From Oculatellaceae cyanobacterium bins.114 (GTDB taxonomy: Bacteria; Cyanobacteriota; Cyanobacteriia; Elainellales; Elainellaceae), in the NCBI GenBank assembly GCA_033764315.1, contig JANRJA010000138.1:1-28653 (forward strand): a DNA stretch of 28,653 nucleotides. Reading direction: 5' to 3'. Positions 18,081-26,482 of this stretch are shown here, in pieces. The notes beneath the pieces were generated by a model that searched no databases, was not told the DNA's origin, and worked only from the letters and a program-made list of their open reading frames with translations. A program made the translations under genes and the position numbers. Numbering within the stretch: the stretch's first letter is position 1; each line of letters begins with the position of its first letter.

Positions 18081-18331
18081 CAGAACACCTGCTTTGCTCC
18101 CCAAATGAAGAGCTTATCAACTAAATAAATGAGAGTTGCGGAAAGTGTCACCATGAGGATAACGGCAAAAGACTCGCTGACTAGCTGTTGGCGACTGGGC
18201 CAAACAACCTTATCGAGTTCTTCTTTGGTGCCCTGTAAAAAGTTAGAGACGCTAAAGCCAGGTTGATCTTCTGGCGTCGCTTTCACCTCTTTTGCATCTG
18301 ATTTTGTTTCTGCTTCGTCCTTCTTTGCCAC
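18080..18331 (-). CDS. secE: Preprotein translocase subunit SecE
   Basis: EELDKVVWPSRQQL followed by one TM helix, located between trnW and nusG. GTG start after GGAG. Confidence 0.95.
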   Translation of the reverse strand: MAKKDEAETKSDAKEVKATPEDQPGFSVSNFLQGTKEELDKVVWPSRQQLVSESFAVILMVTLSATLIYLVDKLFIWGAKQVF

Positions 18332-18608
18332 GGTGACCTGCTCCTAAATTGGAGTGTTACGACATGAAAGTAAACAAACCAGCTTTCTGAGAAATTAACT
18401 CAACCTGGCCACTCAAACGGTGTTGCAGTCTTAGTTTGAAGATTTAAATCAACAAAGTATATGTGTGCCTGAATGGGTATCCAAGACACAAATTGTCTCA
18501 ACACTGCAAAAAGCCCTAAATTAGAGCTTTTCCATCATAACACTCGGATAAACAATCCAAGTACGACCCAAAAACTGGGTAGAAGATCGCAAGCATAGCT
18601 CTCCTAAG

Positions 18609-18681
18609 CGCGCCCTGGAGGACTCGAACCCCCGACATCAGGTTTTGGAGACCTGCGTTCTACCAACTGAACTAAGGACGC
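18609..18681 (-). tRNA. trnW: tRNA-Trp (CCA)
   Basis: GCGTCCTTAGTTCAGTTGGTAGAACGCAGGTCTCCAAAACCTGATGTCGGGGGTTCGAGTCCTCCAGGGCGCG: cloverleaf with anticodon CCA. Confidence 0.96.
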
Positions 18682-18733
18682 AGAAGCTGAGAGTAATGCT
18701 CAGCACCTACCCAGTTTAGCAGGGATGGACGCT

Positions 18734-19096
18734 CTATAAGGCGCGATCGAACCGCTGTTTGAGGCGAGTTGCTTTACCCACGCGATCGCGGAGGTAGTAT
18801 AGCTTCGCTCTGCGTGCCATGCCGCGACGGATGATTTGAATGTTAGCCACGCGAGGAGAGTGTAGCAGGAATACCCGCTCAACCCCGACTCCTTGGAAAA
18901 TACGTCGGACTGTAATCGTTTCATTGATACCCCCATTGCGTTTTGCAATGACAGTACCCTCGTAAGGCTGTACCCGTTCCTTGCCGCCCTCTTGAATGAC
19001 AACGCCAACTTTGACAGTGTCACCCACGTGAATGATGGGCAGATTATTTTTCAGTTGCTCCGCTTCAATAGAGCGAATAATTTCGTGAGCGTTCAT
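18734..19096 (-). CDS. rplS: 50S ribosomal protein L19 (bL19)
   Basis: Start [39 protein letters not shown]. Confidence 0.97.
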   Translation of the reverse strand: MNAHEIIRSIEAEQLKNNLPIIHVGDTVKVGVVIQEGGKERVQPYEGTVIAKRNGGINETITVRRIFQGVGVERVFLLHSPRVANIQIIRRGMARRAKLYYLRDRVGKATRLKQRFDRAL

Positions 19097-19397
19097 AGGA
19101 CTGCTAAAGACACAGCTTTTAATAATACCTTGCAAAGAAGTTCAAAGTCTAGAGGTAATTCCTTTTAAATCAACTCATCTCCCTTTCAATCTATGAAATT
19201 GAAGTCGAACCATACATATATTTTAAGGGTTATTGAGATCTCAAAGGGCGATCGCCATCTGCACCTTCAACTCTTAAATCCTCATTAAATCTAGCGTCAC
19301 ATCCCCCCAGTCAGGATTGAATTCTCATAACAAGGAAGGTTTACTAAACTTTATACGCCCCGTTATGGTTATGCCCCTCTTGTCAATGAGTGCATTC

Positions 19398-20147
19398 ATG
19401 ATTTCATTAGCATCCTTACAAGCCTTGCTGCCATTACCAATGCAGTGGATAACGCACCCCCACCTGGCTCTGCACATTCCCGATGGCTTTTTAAGCTTGC
19501 CCGTTAGTTTAGTGTGTTGGGCGATCGCGATTGGCTTAATTGTCCTATCGTTAAATCGGGTACAAGGCGATTATCAAGACCGAACCGTGCCGCTCATGGG
19601 AGTTTGTGCTGCGTTCATCTTTGCAGCTCAGATGATTAACTTCCCAATTCCGGGAGGCACCTCTGGACACCTTGTCGGAGGCACCTTAGCCGCTGTTTTG
19701 TTAGGCCCGTGGGCTGGTTCTCTAGTGGTGTCTGTGGTCTTCATCGTACAAAGTGTGTTCTTTCAAGATGGAGGGTTAACCGTTTTAGGAGCCAATATCT
19801 TCAACATGGGCTTGATTGGCACTTTTGCAGGTTATTACCTTTACAAAGTGGTTCGTAGTGCCGTCGGATTTAATACCTGGAGGGGAACAGCGATCGCGGT
19901 TGTTGTGGCATCGTGGATCAGCGTCGTGATTGCAGCCATTGTGTGTGCTTTTCAATTAGCCCTATCGGGAACCGTGGCTCTTGGAGTAGCCCTAACTGCG
20001 ATGGTGAGCTGGCATGTGTTGATTGGGATTGGAGAAGCACTGATTACCCTGGCAGCCATTAGCTATGTCTGGCGCACTCGCCCCGACTTACTGTATGACC
20101 CACCTCGTCGGTCTGCCCCGGCTCCTCGCCCCTTTGTTTCTCGCTAA
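19398..20147 (+). CDS. cbiM: ECF-type Ni/Co transporter substrate-binding component (NikM/CbiM); start uncertain (19317-19470)
   Basis: LHIPDG metal-binding N-terminal motif, FAAQMINFPIPGGTSGH, DGGLTVLGAN, IGIGEALIT. Confidence 0.9.
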   Translation: MISLASLQALLPLPMQWITHPHLALHIPDGFLSLPVSLVCWAIAIGLIVLSLNRVQGDYQDRTVPLMGVCAAFIFAAQMINFPIPGGTSGHLVGGTLAAVLLGPWAGSLVVSVVFIVQSVFFQDGGLTVLGANIFNMGLIGTFAGYYLYKVVRSAVGFNTWRGTAIAVVVASWISVVIAAIVCAFQLALSGTVALGVALTAMVSWHVLIGIGEALITLAAISYVWRTRPDLLYDPPRRSAPAPRPFVSR

Positions 20148-20198
20148 GTTTCTCGCTCACTGTGCTCTGTTTGCTGATCAGGAAGGATAGATTTAGTT

Positions 20199-20558
20199 AT
20201 GACTGAACATCGCCCCTCTACCATCAGAAATCGTACCTTTTGGCTCACTGGTCTAGGCATCGCCCTGGTGATTGCGGTGTTTCTATCGCCATTTGCCAGT
20301 TCTGACCCAGATGGATTAAATCGCGTTTCAGAAGATTTAGGGTTTGTCGATCGAGAGCACCCTGAGGCTCCAGCGGCTAAGTTGCCCTTTGCCAAGATTT
20401 TTGATGGTTATGCCTTGAAAGGAGTGCCGGAGGCGATCGCCACTCCCATTGCCGGGTTAGTTGGCACACTCATCACCTTTGGTCTGATGTGGGGATTGGG
20501 TAAGGTAATAGTTCGCCCTACTCATCCAAGTGCTCCTGTGTCAGACTCAGAAGAGTAG
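20199..20558 (+). CDS. PDGLE-domain accessory subunit (NikN-like) of the Ni/Co ECF transporter
   Basis: Two TM helices flanking FASSDPDGLNRV; lies between the M and Q genes. Confidence 0.85.
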   Translation: MTEHRPSTIRNRTFWLTGLGIALVIAVFLSPFASSDPDGLNRVSEDLGFVDREHPEAPAAKLPFAKIFDGYALKGVPEAIATPIAGLVGTLITFGLMWGLGKVIVRPTHPSAPVSDSEE

Positions 20559-20587
20559 CTCTAGTTGGCACCATTTCACAGGTTTTT

Positions 20588-21361
20588 ATGTTGCTGCACA
20601 CCGGGGCTTTTCGATTAGACATTGACAGCCAACGACCTACGCTCTGGCAGTATTTAGCTCCTCAAACGCGAATTCTCTGTGTTTTGCTGTTTGTGTTTGC
20701 CACCGCCTTAACTCCTAATGGGCGGTGGCTGACTTGGGCTGTGTATGCTGTCGTATTGGCGATCGCCCTGCTGATCAGCCGCATTACGTTGAGTGTTCTA
20801 GTCCGGCGGGTCGCGGTTGAGTTCTTGTTTCTCATTGTTATCTTGGTGGGCACCGTGTTTCGCCAAGGGGGGACGGTGGTTTGGCAGTGGGGATGGTTGC
20901 AAATCACCTCAGGAGGCTTGATCGTTTTAGGGAGTGTGACCCTAAAAGCATTTCTGAGTTTAGTCATGCTCAATCTGCTGGTGTTGACGACCTCTATTCC
21001 GGCGTTACTTCAGGCATTAACAGCGTTGCGCACTCCCCCATTGCTGGTTGCCATCATGGCATCGATGTATCGCTATATCGGTGTCTTGGCTGAAGAATTT
21101 AGCGCGATGCGGCGGGCAGCGGCATCACGCAACTTAACCGGTAGTCAACATTGGCAGCGGTTAGTCGTGGGCAACACAATCGGGGCACTATTCATTCGCA
21201 CTTATGAACGGGGCGATCGCATTCATCAGGCAATGTTGGCACGGGGTTATACCGGGTTAGTTCCTCTGATCGATGCGGCTCCTCAAATTCGGCGAATCGA
21301 CATCATTGCATTAACGGTCACCCTCATCCTGGCGTTGCTGGGTCAAGTGATTTATCTGTAA
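20588..21361 (+). CDS. cbiQ: ECF transporter T component (CbiQ/NikQ)
   Basis: MYRYIGVL, AASR, LFIRTYERGDRIHQAMLARG coupling motifs. Confidence 0.92.
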   Translation: MLLHTGAFRLDIDSQRPTLWQYLAPQTRILCVLLFVFATALTPNGRWLTWAVYAVVLAIALLISRITLSVLVRRVAVEFLFLIVILVGTVFRQGGTVVWQWGWLQITSGGLIVLGSVTLKAFLSLVMLNLLVLTTSIPALLQALTALRTPPLLVAIMASMYRYIGVLAEEFSAMRRAAASRNLTGSQHWQRLVVGNTIGALFIRTYERGDRIHQAMLARGYTGLVPLIDAAPQIRRIDIIALTVTLILALLGQVIYL

Positions 21362-21387
21362 TCGAGCACGGAGAGAGTTACATCTGA

Positions 21388-22224
21388 ATGCATCACAATC
21401 CCATTACTATTTGCCAACTGGGCTTTACCTACCCCGATGGAACTCAAGCATTGCGAGAGATTAGTCTTTCGATTCAGGCGGGCGAACGGGTTGCACTTGT
21501 GGGCGCAAACGGTTCTGGAAAGTCAACCTTACTGTTTCACCTCAATGGCATTTTTCAGGCTGAAGTGGGAGAAATTATCATCGGTGAACTGCCGGTAGCC
21601 CCCCGCAATCTCAAAGTGATTCGCAATTTTGTGGGGTTGGTTTTTCAAAACCCAGACGATCAACTCTTCATGCCAACGGTGTGGGAAGACATTACCTTCG
21701 GTCCTATGAATCAAGGACTCAAAGGCAAAGAGCCATTTCATCGCGCCCACCATGCCATGACAGCCGTGGGGCTTGATCCTGACTATTATGGCGATCGCTT
21801 AACCAGCAATCTGTCGGGTGGAGAGAAAAAACGGGTGGCGATCGCTGGAGTTTTAGCCATGCAACCGCAGGTATTGGCATTGGATGAACCCTCTGCTCAG
21901 CTTGATCCCCGTAGTCGTCGTCAATTGATTCAACTATTGCAATGTCTGCCGTTAACCCAAGTGATTGCAACACACGATCTCGATTTGGCGTTGGAGTTAT
22001 GTAGTCGAACGGTTGTGCTCAGTCACGGGCAGATCGTACAAGACGGAGTCACCGAAGTTGTTCTCAGTGACCCAGAGTTTTTAGCCGAACACTCATTAGA
22101 GATGCCGTTGAGCTATTCACGCCCCTATTGCGACCTAGAACATCGCCCCGACATTACCCCCTTTGGGCGATCGCTGTTGGAGTCACAATACACCGCCCCA
22201 ACGATCGCCCCAACTCATGAGTGA
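21388..22224 (+). CDS. cbiO: ECF transporter ATPase (CbiO/NikO)
   Basis: Walker A GANGSGKST, Q-loop VFQNPDDQLF, LSGGEKKRVAIAG, LDEP, THD. Confidence 0.92.
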   Translation: MHHNPITICQLGFTYPDGTQALREISLSIQAGERVALVGANGSGKSTLLFHLNGIFQAEVGEIIIGELPVAPRNLKVIRNFVGLVFQNPDDQLFMPTVWEDITFGPMNQGLKGKEPFHRAHHAMTAVGLDPDYYGDRLTSNLSGGEKKRVAIAGVLAMQPQVLALDEPSAQLDPRSRRQLIQLLQCLPLTQVIATHDLDLALELCSRTVVLSHGQIVQDGVTEVVLSDPEFLAEHSLEMPLSYSRPYCDLEHRPDITPFGRSLLESQYTAPTIAPTHE

Positions 22225-22480
22225 TGACGTAATCAAACTCCACACTCACAACCCATCCTCCTTTGATAAGATGCTTGCCATGCAAGGAGGTTTGTAGACC
22301 TCTGTTAGTGGTCACTCATCGAGTGGTTCCTAAATTCAGTGCCACTCCAATAGCAACATCAAGACGGTTAGAGCTAAGAGCGTGAGGGTTACCTCCCAAC
22401 AGGGTTTTAGCCTTGCGCTCTGGTCTAACAGACTCCTCAATTGCTATAAAAACGGTTTATCTAAGAGGTCGAACAGGGCA

Positions 22481-22936
22481 ATGTCAAAATGGATTGAAAT
22501 GAGTCTGGCAGTCTTATTCAGCGTTGCTTTATGGTTAGGAGTCATGTCACCTGAGGCAGAAGCGATCGCAACTCCTGCAAATCAAGGTATTGTTACCGAG
22601 TTGCACGTCCAGTTGGGCACCCCAGAAGGAGCATTAAAGTATGTGCCTGATCACTTTGAGTTTGAAGCGGGTAGACGCTACAAGCTGATATTAGAGAACC
22701 CCAGTCCTCAAAAGCACTATTTCACGGCCAAAGATTTTGCCGATGGCATCTGGACACAAAAAGTCGAAGCAGGCAATGTCGAAATCAAAGGAGCCATTCA
22801 CGAGTTAGAACTGAAACCGGGCGCAGTTGCAGAATGGTTTTTCACCGCGTTACGGGTGGGGGCTTATGATATCCATTGCCCCATTGCAGGGCATACAGAA
22901 GCAGGCATGACAGGAGAAATCGCGATCGCCAACTGA
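22481..22936 (+). CDS. Exported cupredoxin (plastocyanin/azurin/auracyanin-like blue copper protein)
   Basis: Signal peptide ending AEA, KHYF and a HCPIAGHTEAGM type-1 copper loop. Start reassigned to ATG 22481. Confidence 0.85.
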   Translation: MSKWIEMSLAVLFSVALWLGVMSPEAEAIATPANQGIVTELHVQLGTPEGALKYVPDHFEFEAGRRYKLILENPSPQKHYFTAKDFADGIWTQKVEAGNVEIKGAIHELELKPGAVAEWFFTALRVGAYDIHCPIAGHTEAGMTGEIAIAN

Positions 22937-23113
22937 GAGCCGCCTTACATCGCATTGCATTGAAGGATTGACGACCCCGCATTAACCCCTCAACATCAAC
23001 TCCTAGCGATTGACACGTAGAATACTGAATCCAATTGCGTTTTGCATTACGACTAAACGGTACTCATAGAGATAGAGCCAGTCATTTGCAAATCATTTAC
23101 GACTAGGTGACTC

Positions 23114-23884
23114 ATGGTAGACCAATCCTTAAAAACATTGGGCATTCCTCCAAATGCGTGGGCAGTCAATGCAGAGATAGCCGATATTAGTCGCCCTCCG
23201 CTCACTCCAAAACTTGTGACACTGGCAACAGAAACCAAAACGCTGCGGCTGGATTTGATGAAAGCCGCCATGATTGTCATTGATATGCAAAACGATTTTT
23301 GCCATCCTGATGGGTGGTTGGCACATATCGGAGTAGATGTCACCCCAGCTCGCGCTCCAATTGGGCCGTTGCAAGGAGTGCTGCCAGTGCTGCGATCGCA
23401 CCAAGTGCCTATTATTTGGCTCAATTGGGGCAACCGCCTTGACTTGTTTAACATCAGTGCTGCCTTGAGACATGTGTATGATCCCACCGGGGAAGGGGTT
23501 GGGTTGGGTGATCCCCTGCCCAAAAATCAAGCCCCCGTGCTGACAGCAGGCAGTTGGGCAGCGGCAGTCGTCGATGAGTTAGAGCAAAAACCCGAAGATA
23601 TTCGTGTAGATAAGTACCGCATGAGCGGGTTTTGGGATACGCCACTCGACAGCATTTTGCGAAATATTGGCAAAACCACCCTGCTGTTTGGCGGAGTGAA
23701 TGCCGACCAATGCGTCATGGCAACGTTACAAGATGCCAACTTTTTGGGATATGACTGCATTTTAGTCAAAGATTGTACTGCCACCACTTCGCCAGATTAT
23801 TGCTGGCAAGCCACGCTCTACAACGTCAAGCAATGCTTTGGTTTCGTGACCGATACCCACGCCCTCTTTGATGCCATCAAGTGA
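23114..23884 (+). CDS. Cysteine hydrolase (isochorismatase-like amidohydrolase)
   Basis: Catalytic triad Asp (IDMQNDF), Lys (VDKYRMSGF), Cys (GVNADQCV), plus LGYDCILVKDC. Confidence 0.9.
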   Translation: MVDQSLKTLGIPPNAWAVNAEIADISRPPLTPKLVTLATETKTLRLDLMKAAMIVIDMQNDFCHPDGWLAHIGVDVTPARAPIGPLQGVLPVLRSHQVPIIWLNWGNRLDLFNISAALRHVYDPTGEGVGLGDPLPKNQAPVLTAGSWAAAVVDELEQKPEDIRVDKYRMSGFWDTPLDSILRNIGKTTLLFGGVNADQCVMATLQDANFLGYDCILVKDCTATTSPDYCWQATLYNVKQCFGFVTDTHALFDAIK

Positions 23885-23958
23885 TTGCATCAAGCGAGCC
23901 ATTTGTGAATGTAACGCGTTTAAGACAGTAGCTCATTACTCTTTTAGGAGAACTTTCT

Positions 23959-24414
23959 ATGGCTACCGACAGTTGTGTCATTCCGGTAATCAAAACCCCC
24001 ACGGACTACCAGGCATATCGCATTAGCCCTCATGACAGCAACCGTTTGGCGATCGTTTTTGATCCCACCATTGCCAATATGTCATTGACCTACTGTGTCG
24101 AAATTTTTGATGTCGGTGGAAAAACCCCTCCCAATCGCCATCAACTCGCGGTCGAGCTGTTTTTTGTGCTCAAAGGAGAGGGAAAAGCCACCTGCGATGG
24201 CAAAACGGTGTCCATTCGAGCGGGAGATAGCATTCTCGTGCCAGCCACTGGTATTCATGAGATCGAAAACACAGGCACAGGGCGGTTGTATGCGCTCTGT
24301 TTGATGGTGCCCAATGAAGATTTTGCAGAACTGATTCGCAGTGGCACACCCGTTGAACTCGATCAGGAAGACATGGCGGTGTTGCGCCGATCAGATGCGT
24401 TATTGCCATGCTAA
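23959..24414 (+). CDS. Cupin domain protein
   Basis: PPNRH...ELFFVLKGEG and GDSILVP..GIHEIENTG cupin motifs, AGGAG SD. Confidence 0.88.
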   Translation: MATDSCVIPVIKTPTDYQAYRISPHDSNRLAIVFDPTIANMSLTYCVEIFDVGGKTPPNRHQLAVELFFVLKGEGKATCDGKTVSIRAGDSILVPATGIHEIENTGTGRLYALCLMVPNEDFAELIRSGTPVELDQEDMAVLRRSDALLPC

Positions 24415-26165
24415 CGGTGCGCTCTAAAAAAACTGTCTCAATGACGACGCGAGATCAAGTGCGTCTGGATGCCGATGTTTACCGTCCTGATACCGCTGAT
24501 GCTTTGCCCGTCTTATTGATGCGGCAACCCTATGGTCGGGCGATCGCCTCTACGGTGGTTTATGCTCACCCCACTTGGTACGCCGCTCATGGTTACATTG
24601 TGGTGATTCAAGATGTGCGGGGGCGAGGTTCCTCTGAGGGGGAGTTTGATCTGTTTGCCCACGAGATTGAGGATGGGGAAGATGCCGTCAATTGGGCAGC
24701 TACGCTTCCCGGCAGCACCGGACAGGTGGGCATGTATGGCTTTTCTTATCAGGGCATGACCCAGCTGTATGCCGCTGCTAACAAACCTGTTGCCCTTAAA
24801 ACCATCTGTCCTAGCATGATTGGCTACGACCTCTATACCGATTGGGCCTATGAGGGGGGGGCTTTTTGCTATCAACTCAATTTGGGTTGGGCAATTCAAC
24901 TGGCAGCCGAAACAGCGCGTCGGCAAGGCAATGTCGCCGCCTATGAGAAGTTGTATGCTGCTGCTCGACAGGGGGCGATCGCCAACCCAGTTTGTGCTGA
25001 CTCAAAGCTGTTAAAAGAGCTTGCCCCTGACTCGTTTTATCATGACTGGCTGACCCATTCCAAACCCGATGAATATTGGGATCACCTGTCACCATGCCGC
25101 TACATGCAAGCGGTAGATTTGCCAATGTTACATATTGGCGGTTGGTTTGACACCTACATGCGAGGAACCCTGAACTTTTACCGTGAGATGTCAGCTCGCA
25201 GTGCCTTTCCACAGCATTTGTGGGCAGGTCCGTGGGCACACCTCCCGTGGGGGCGCAAAGTCGGAGCGATCGACTATGGCACAGAGGCATCGAACCTGAT
25301 TGATCGCTTACAGATTCGTTGGTTTGACCACTTTCTCAAAGGCATTGATACCGGGTTACTGGATGAGCCACCCGTTCACCTGTTTGAGATGGGCAGCAAT
25401 CAATGGCGCAGTTTCGATCGCTATCCTAGCGACTCTGTCGAATCTAAAGCCAAGTCGTATTACCTGATGACAACAGGACTGGCCGCAATGGGCGAAGGCG
25501 AAGGCTTTTTAGTCGCCCAGGTAGAGCCGCAATCTCAAGTGAATTTAGCCACTCACCCTTTTGTAGATGTGTTCGTCCACGATCCCTGGCGACCTATGCC
25601 CGCTGTGGGAGGTCACGCCACCCTGCCTGCTGGCTCCTTTGATCGCAGTGCAATGGACTGCCGCACCGATGGTGTCACCTATACGTCTGCCCCCCTGAGT
25701 GAAGCATTGCACCTGGCAGGCGATGTGCGAGTTGAAGTGGACTGCATGGCAGACGCTCTCAGTTTTGATCTGTGTGCCGTGTTGTCGGAGGTCAAACCCA
25801 ATGGCAGTGTTTTTAATATCAGTCAGGGCTATTTACGAGTTGAGGCTGACAAAGCAGGAAATGTTGTATTTATGGGCGATCGCACTGATCCTCAACCCCC
25901 GTTGCTGACATCGGCTCAACGAGTTCGTCTTACATTGCAACCCACTTGTATTCAACTTCCTGCTGGGAGTGCCATTCGTTTAACCCTCAGTGGGGCTTGT
26001 TTTCCAGCCTATGCAGTGAACCCCGGTGATGGCAGCCATCCCCACACAGCAGAGTTGATCAACGCCAAGATCATTACCATCGGCATTGTCTGTGAGGGAA
26101 CAAACCCTCCCTCTTCATATCGCCCCTCACGCCTGTTGTTACCCGTCGTTGCCCTGTCAGAGTAA
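24408..26165 (+). CDS. CocE/NonD family serine hydrolase (peptidase S15 / X-Pro dipeptidyl-peptidase-like)
   Basis: RQPYG, QDVRGRG.SEG, GFSYQG nucleophile, GGWFD, GPWAH. Overlaps the cupin stop by 7 nt. Confidence 0.92.
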   Translation: MLTVRSKKTVSMTTRDQVRLDADVYRPDTADALPVLLMRQPYGRAIASTVVYAHPTWYAAHGYIVVIQDVRGRGSSEGEFDLFAHEIEDGEDAVNWAATLPGSTGQVGMYGFSYQGMTQLYAAANKPVALKTICPSMIGYDLYTDWAYEGGAFCYQLNLGWAIQLAAETARRQGNVAAYEKLYAAARQGAIANPVCADSKLLKELAPDSFYHDWLTHSKPDEYWDHLSPCRYMQAVDLPMLHIGGWFDTYMRGTLNFYREMSARSAFPQHLWAGPWAHLPWGRKVGAIDYGTEASNLIDRLQIRWFDHFLKGIDTGLLDEPPVHLFEMGSNQWRSFDRYPSDSVESKAKSYYLMTTGLAAMGEGEGFLVAQVEPQSQVNLATHPFVDVFVHDPWRPMPAVGGHATLPAGSFDRSAMDCRTDGVTYTSAPLSEALHLAGDVRVEVDCMADALSFDLCAVLSEVKPNGSVFNISQGYLRVEADKAGNVVFMGDRTDPQPPLLTSAQRVRLTLQPTCIQLPAGSAIRLTLSGACFPAYAVNPGDGSHPHTAELINAKIITIGIVCEGTNPPSSYRPSRLLLPVVALSE

Positions 26166-26314
26166 AACTCTAGCGACTCTTCAGTTGCTAGACAATTTCT
26201 GAAAATTTGGGCTACCCATCAATATCCTCATAGGGGTATTTCGTGAAACACCCTGACGATATTTATCCATTCGATTAGCAACGTCATCCATACTGTACAA
26301 CCTCATAATTCGTT

Positions 26315-26479
26315 AACGTCAGTTCGGTTTAAGCCGCCCAGCGAATAAATTCGCGGCTACCAGAACAAAGTCCGCCTTCGCGGACTGGCAAAATCAAAGG
26401 TTTACTGAACCGACGTAGGTTGGTTTTGTCTCTATAGCAGCGGTTTCAATCGCCAAAATCCTGATCCCGAACTCAGGTT
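26315..26479. repeat. REPIN/MITE-like element, copy 1: four-hairpin core (26341-26454) inside terminal inverted repeats
   Basis: Termini AACGTCAGTTCGG ... CCGAACTCAGGTT. The core is homologous to 28539-28653. Confidence 0.8.
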
Positions 26480-26482
26480 GCG

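Noticed and set aside
14827..19096. Absence of rpoBC after rplL and the RRYGRGRGH insertion in NusG
   Set aside because: Both are ordinary for cyanobacteria.
14831..19168. Numerous antisense ORFs over ribosomal protein genes
   Set aside because: They are shadow ORFs arising from the codon bias of highly expressed genes.
19097..19397. Cobalamin or NiCo riboswitch upstream of the ECF operon
   Set aside because: No B12-box or multi-stem junction consensus is recognisable.
22937..23113. NtcA box or guanidine riboswitch upstream of the cysteine hydrolase
   Set aside because: No GTA-N8-TAC site and no ykkC-type consensus was found.
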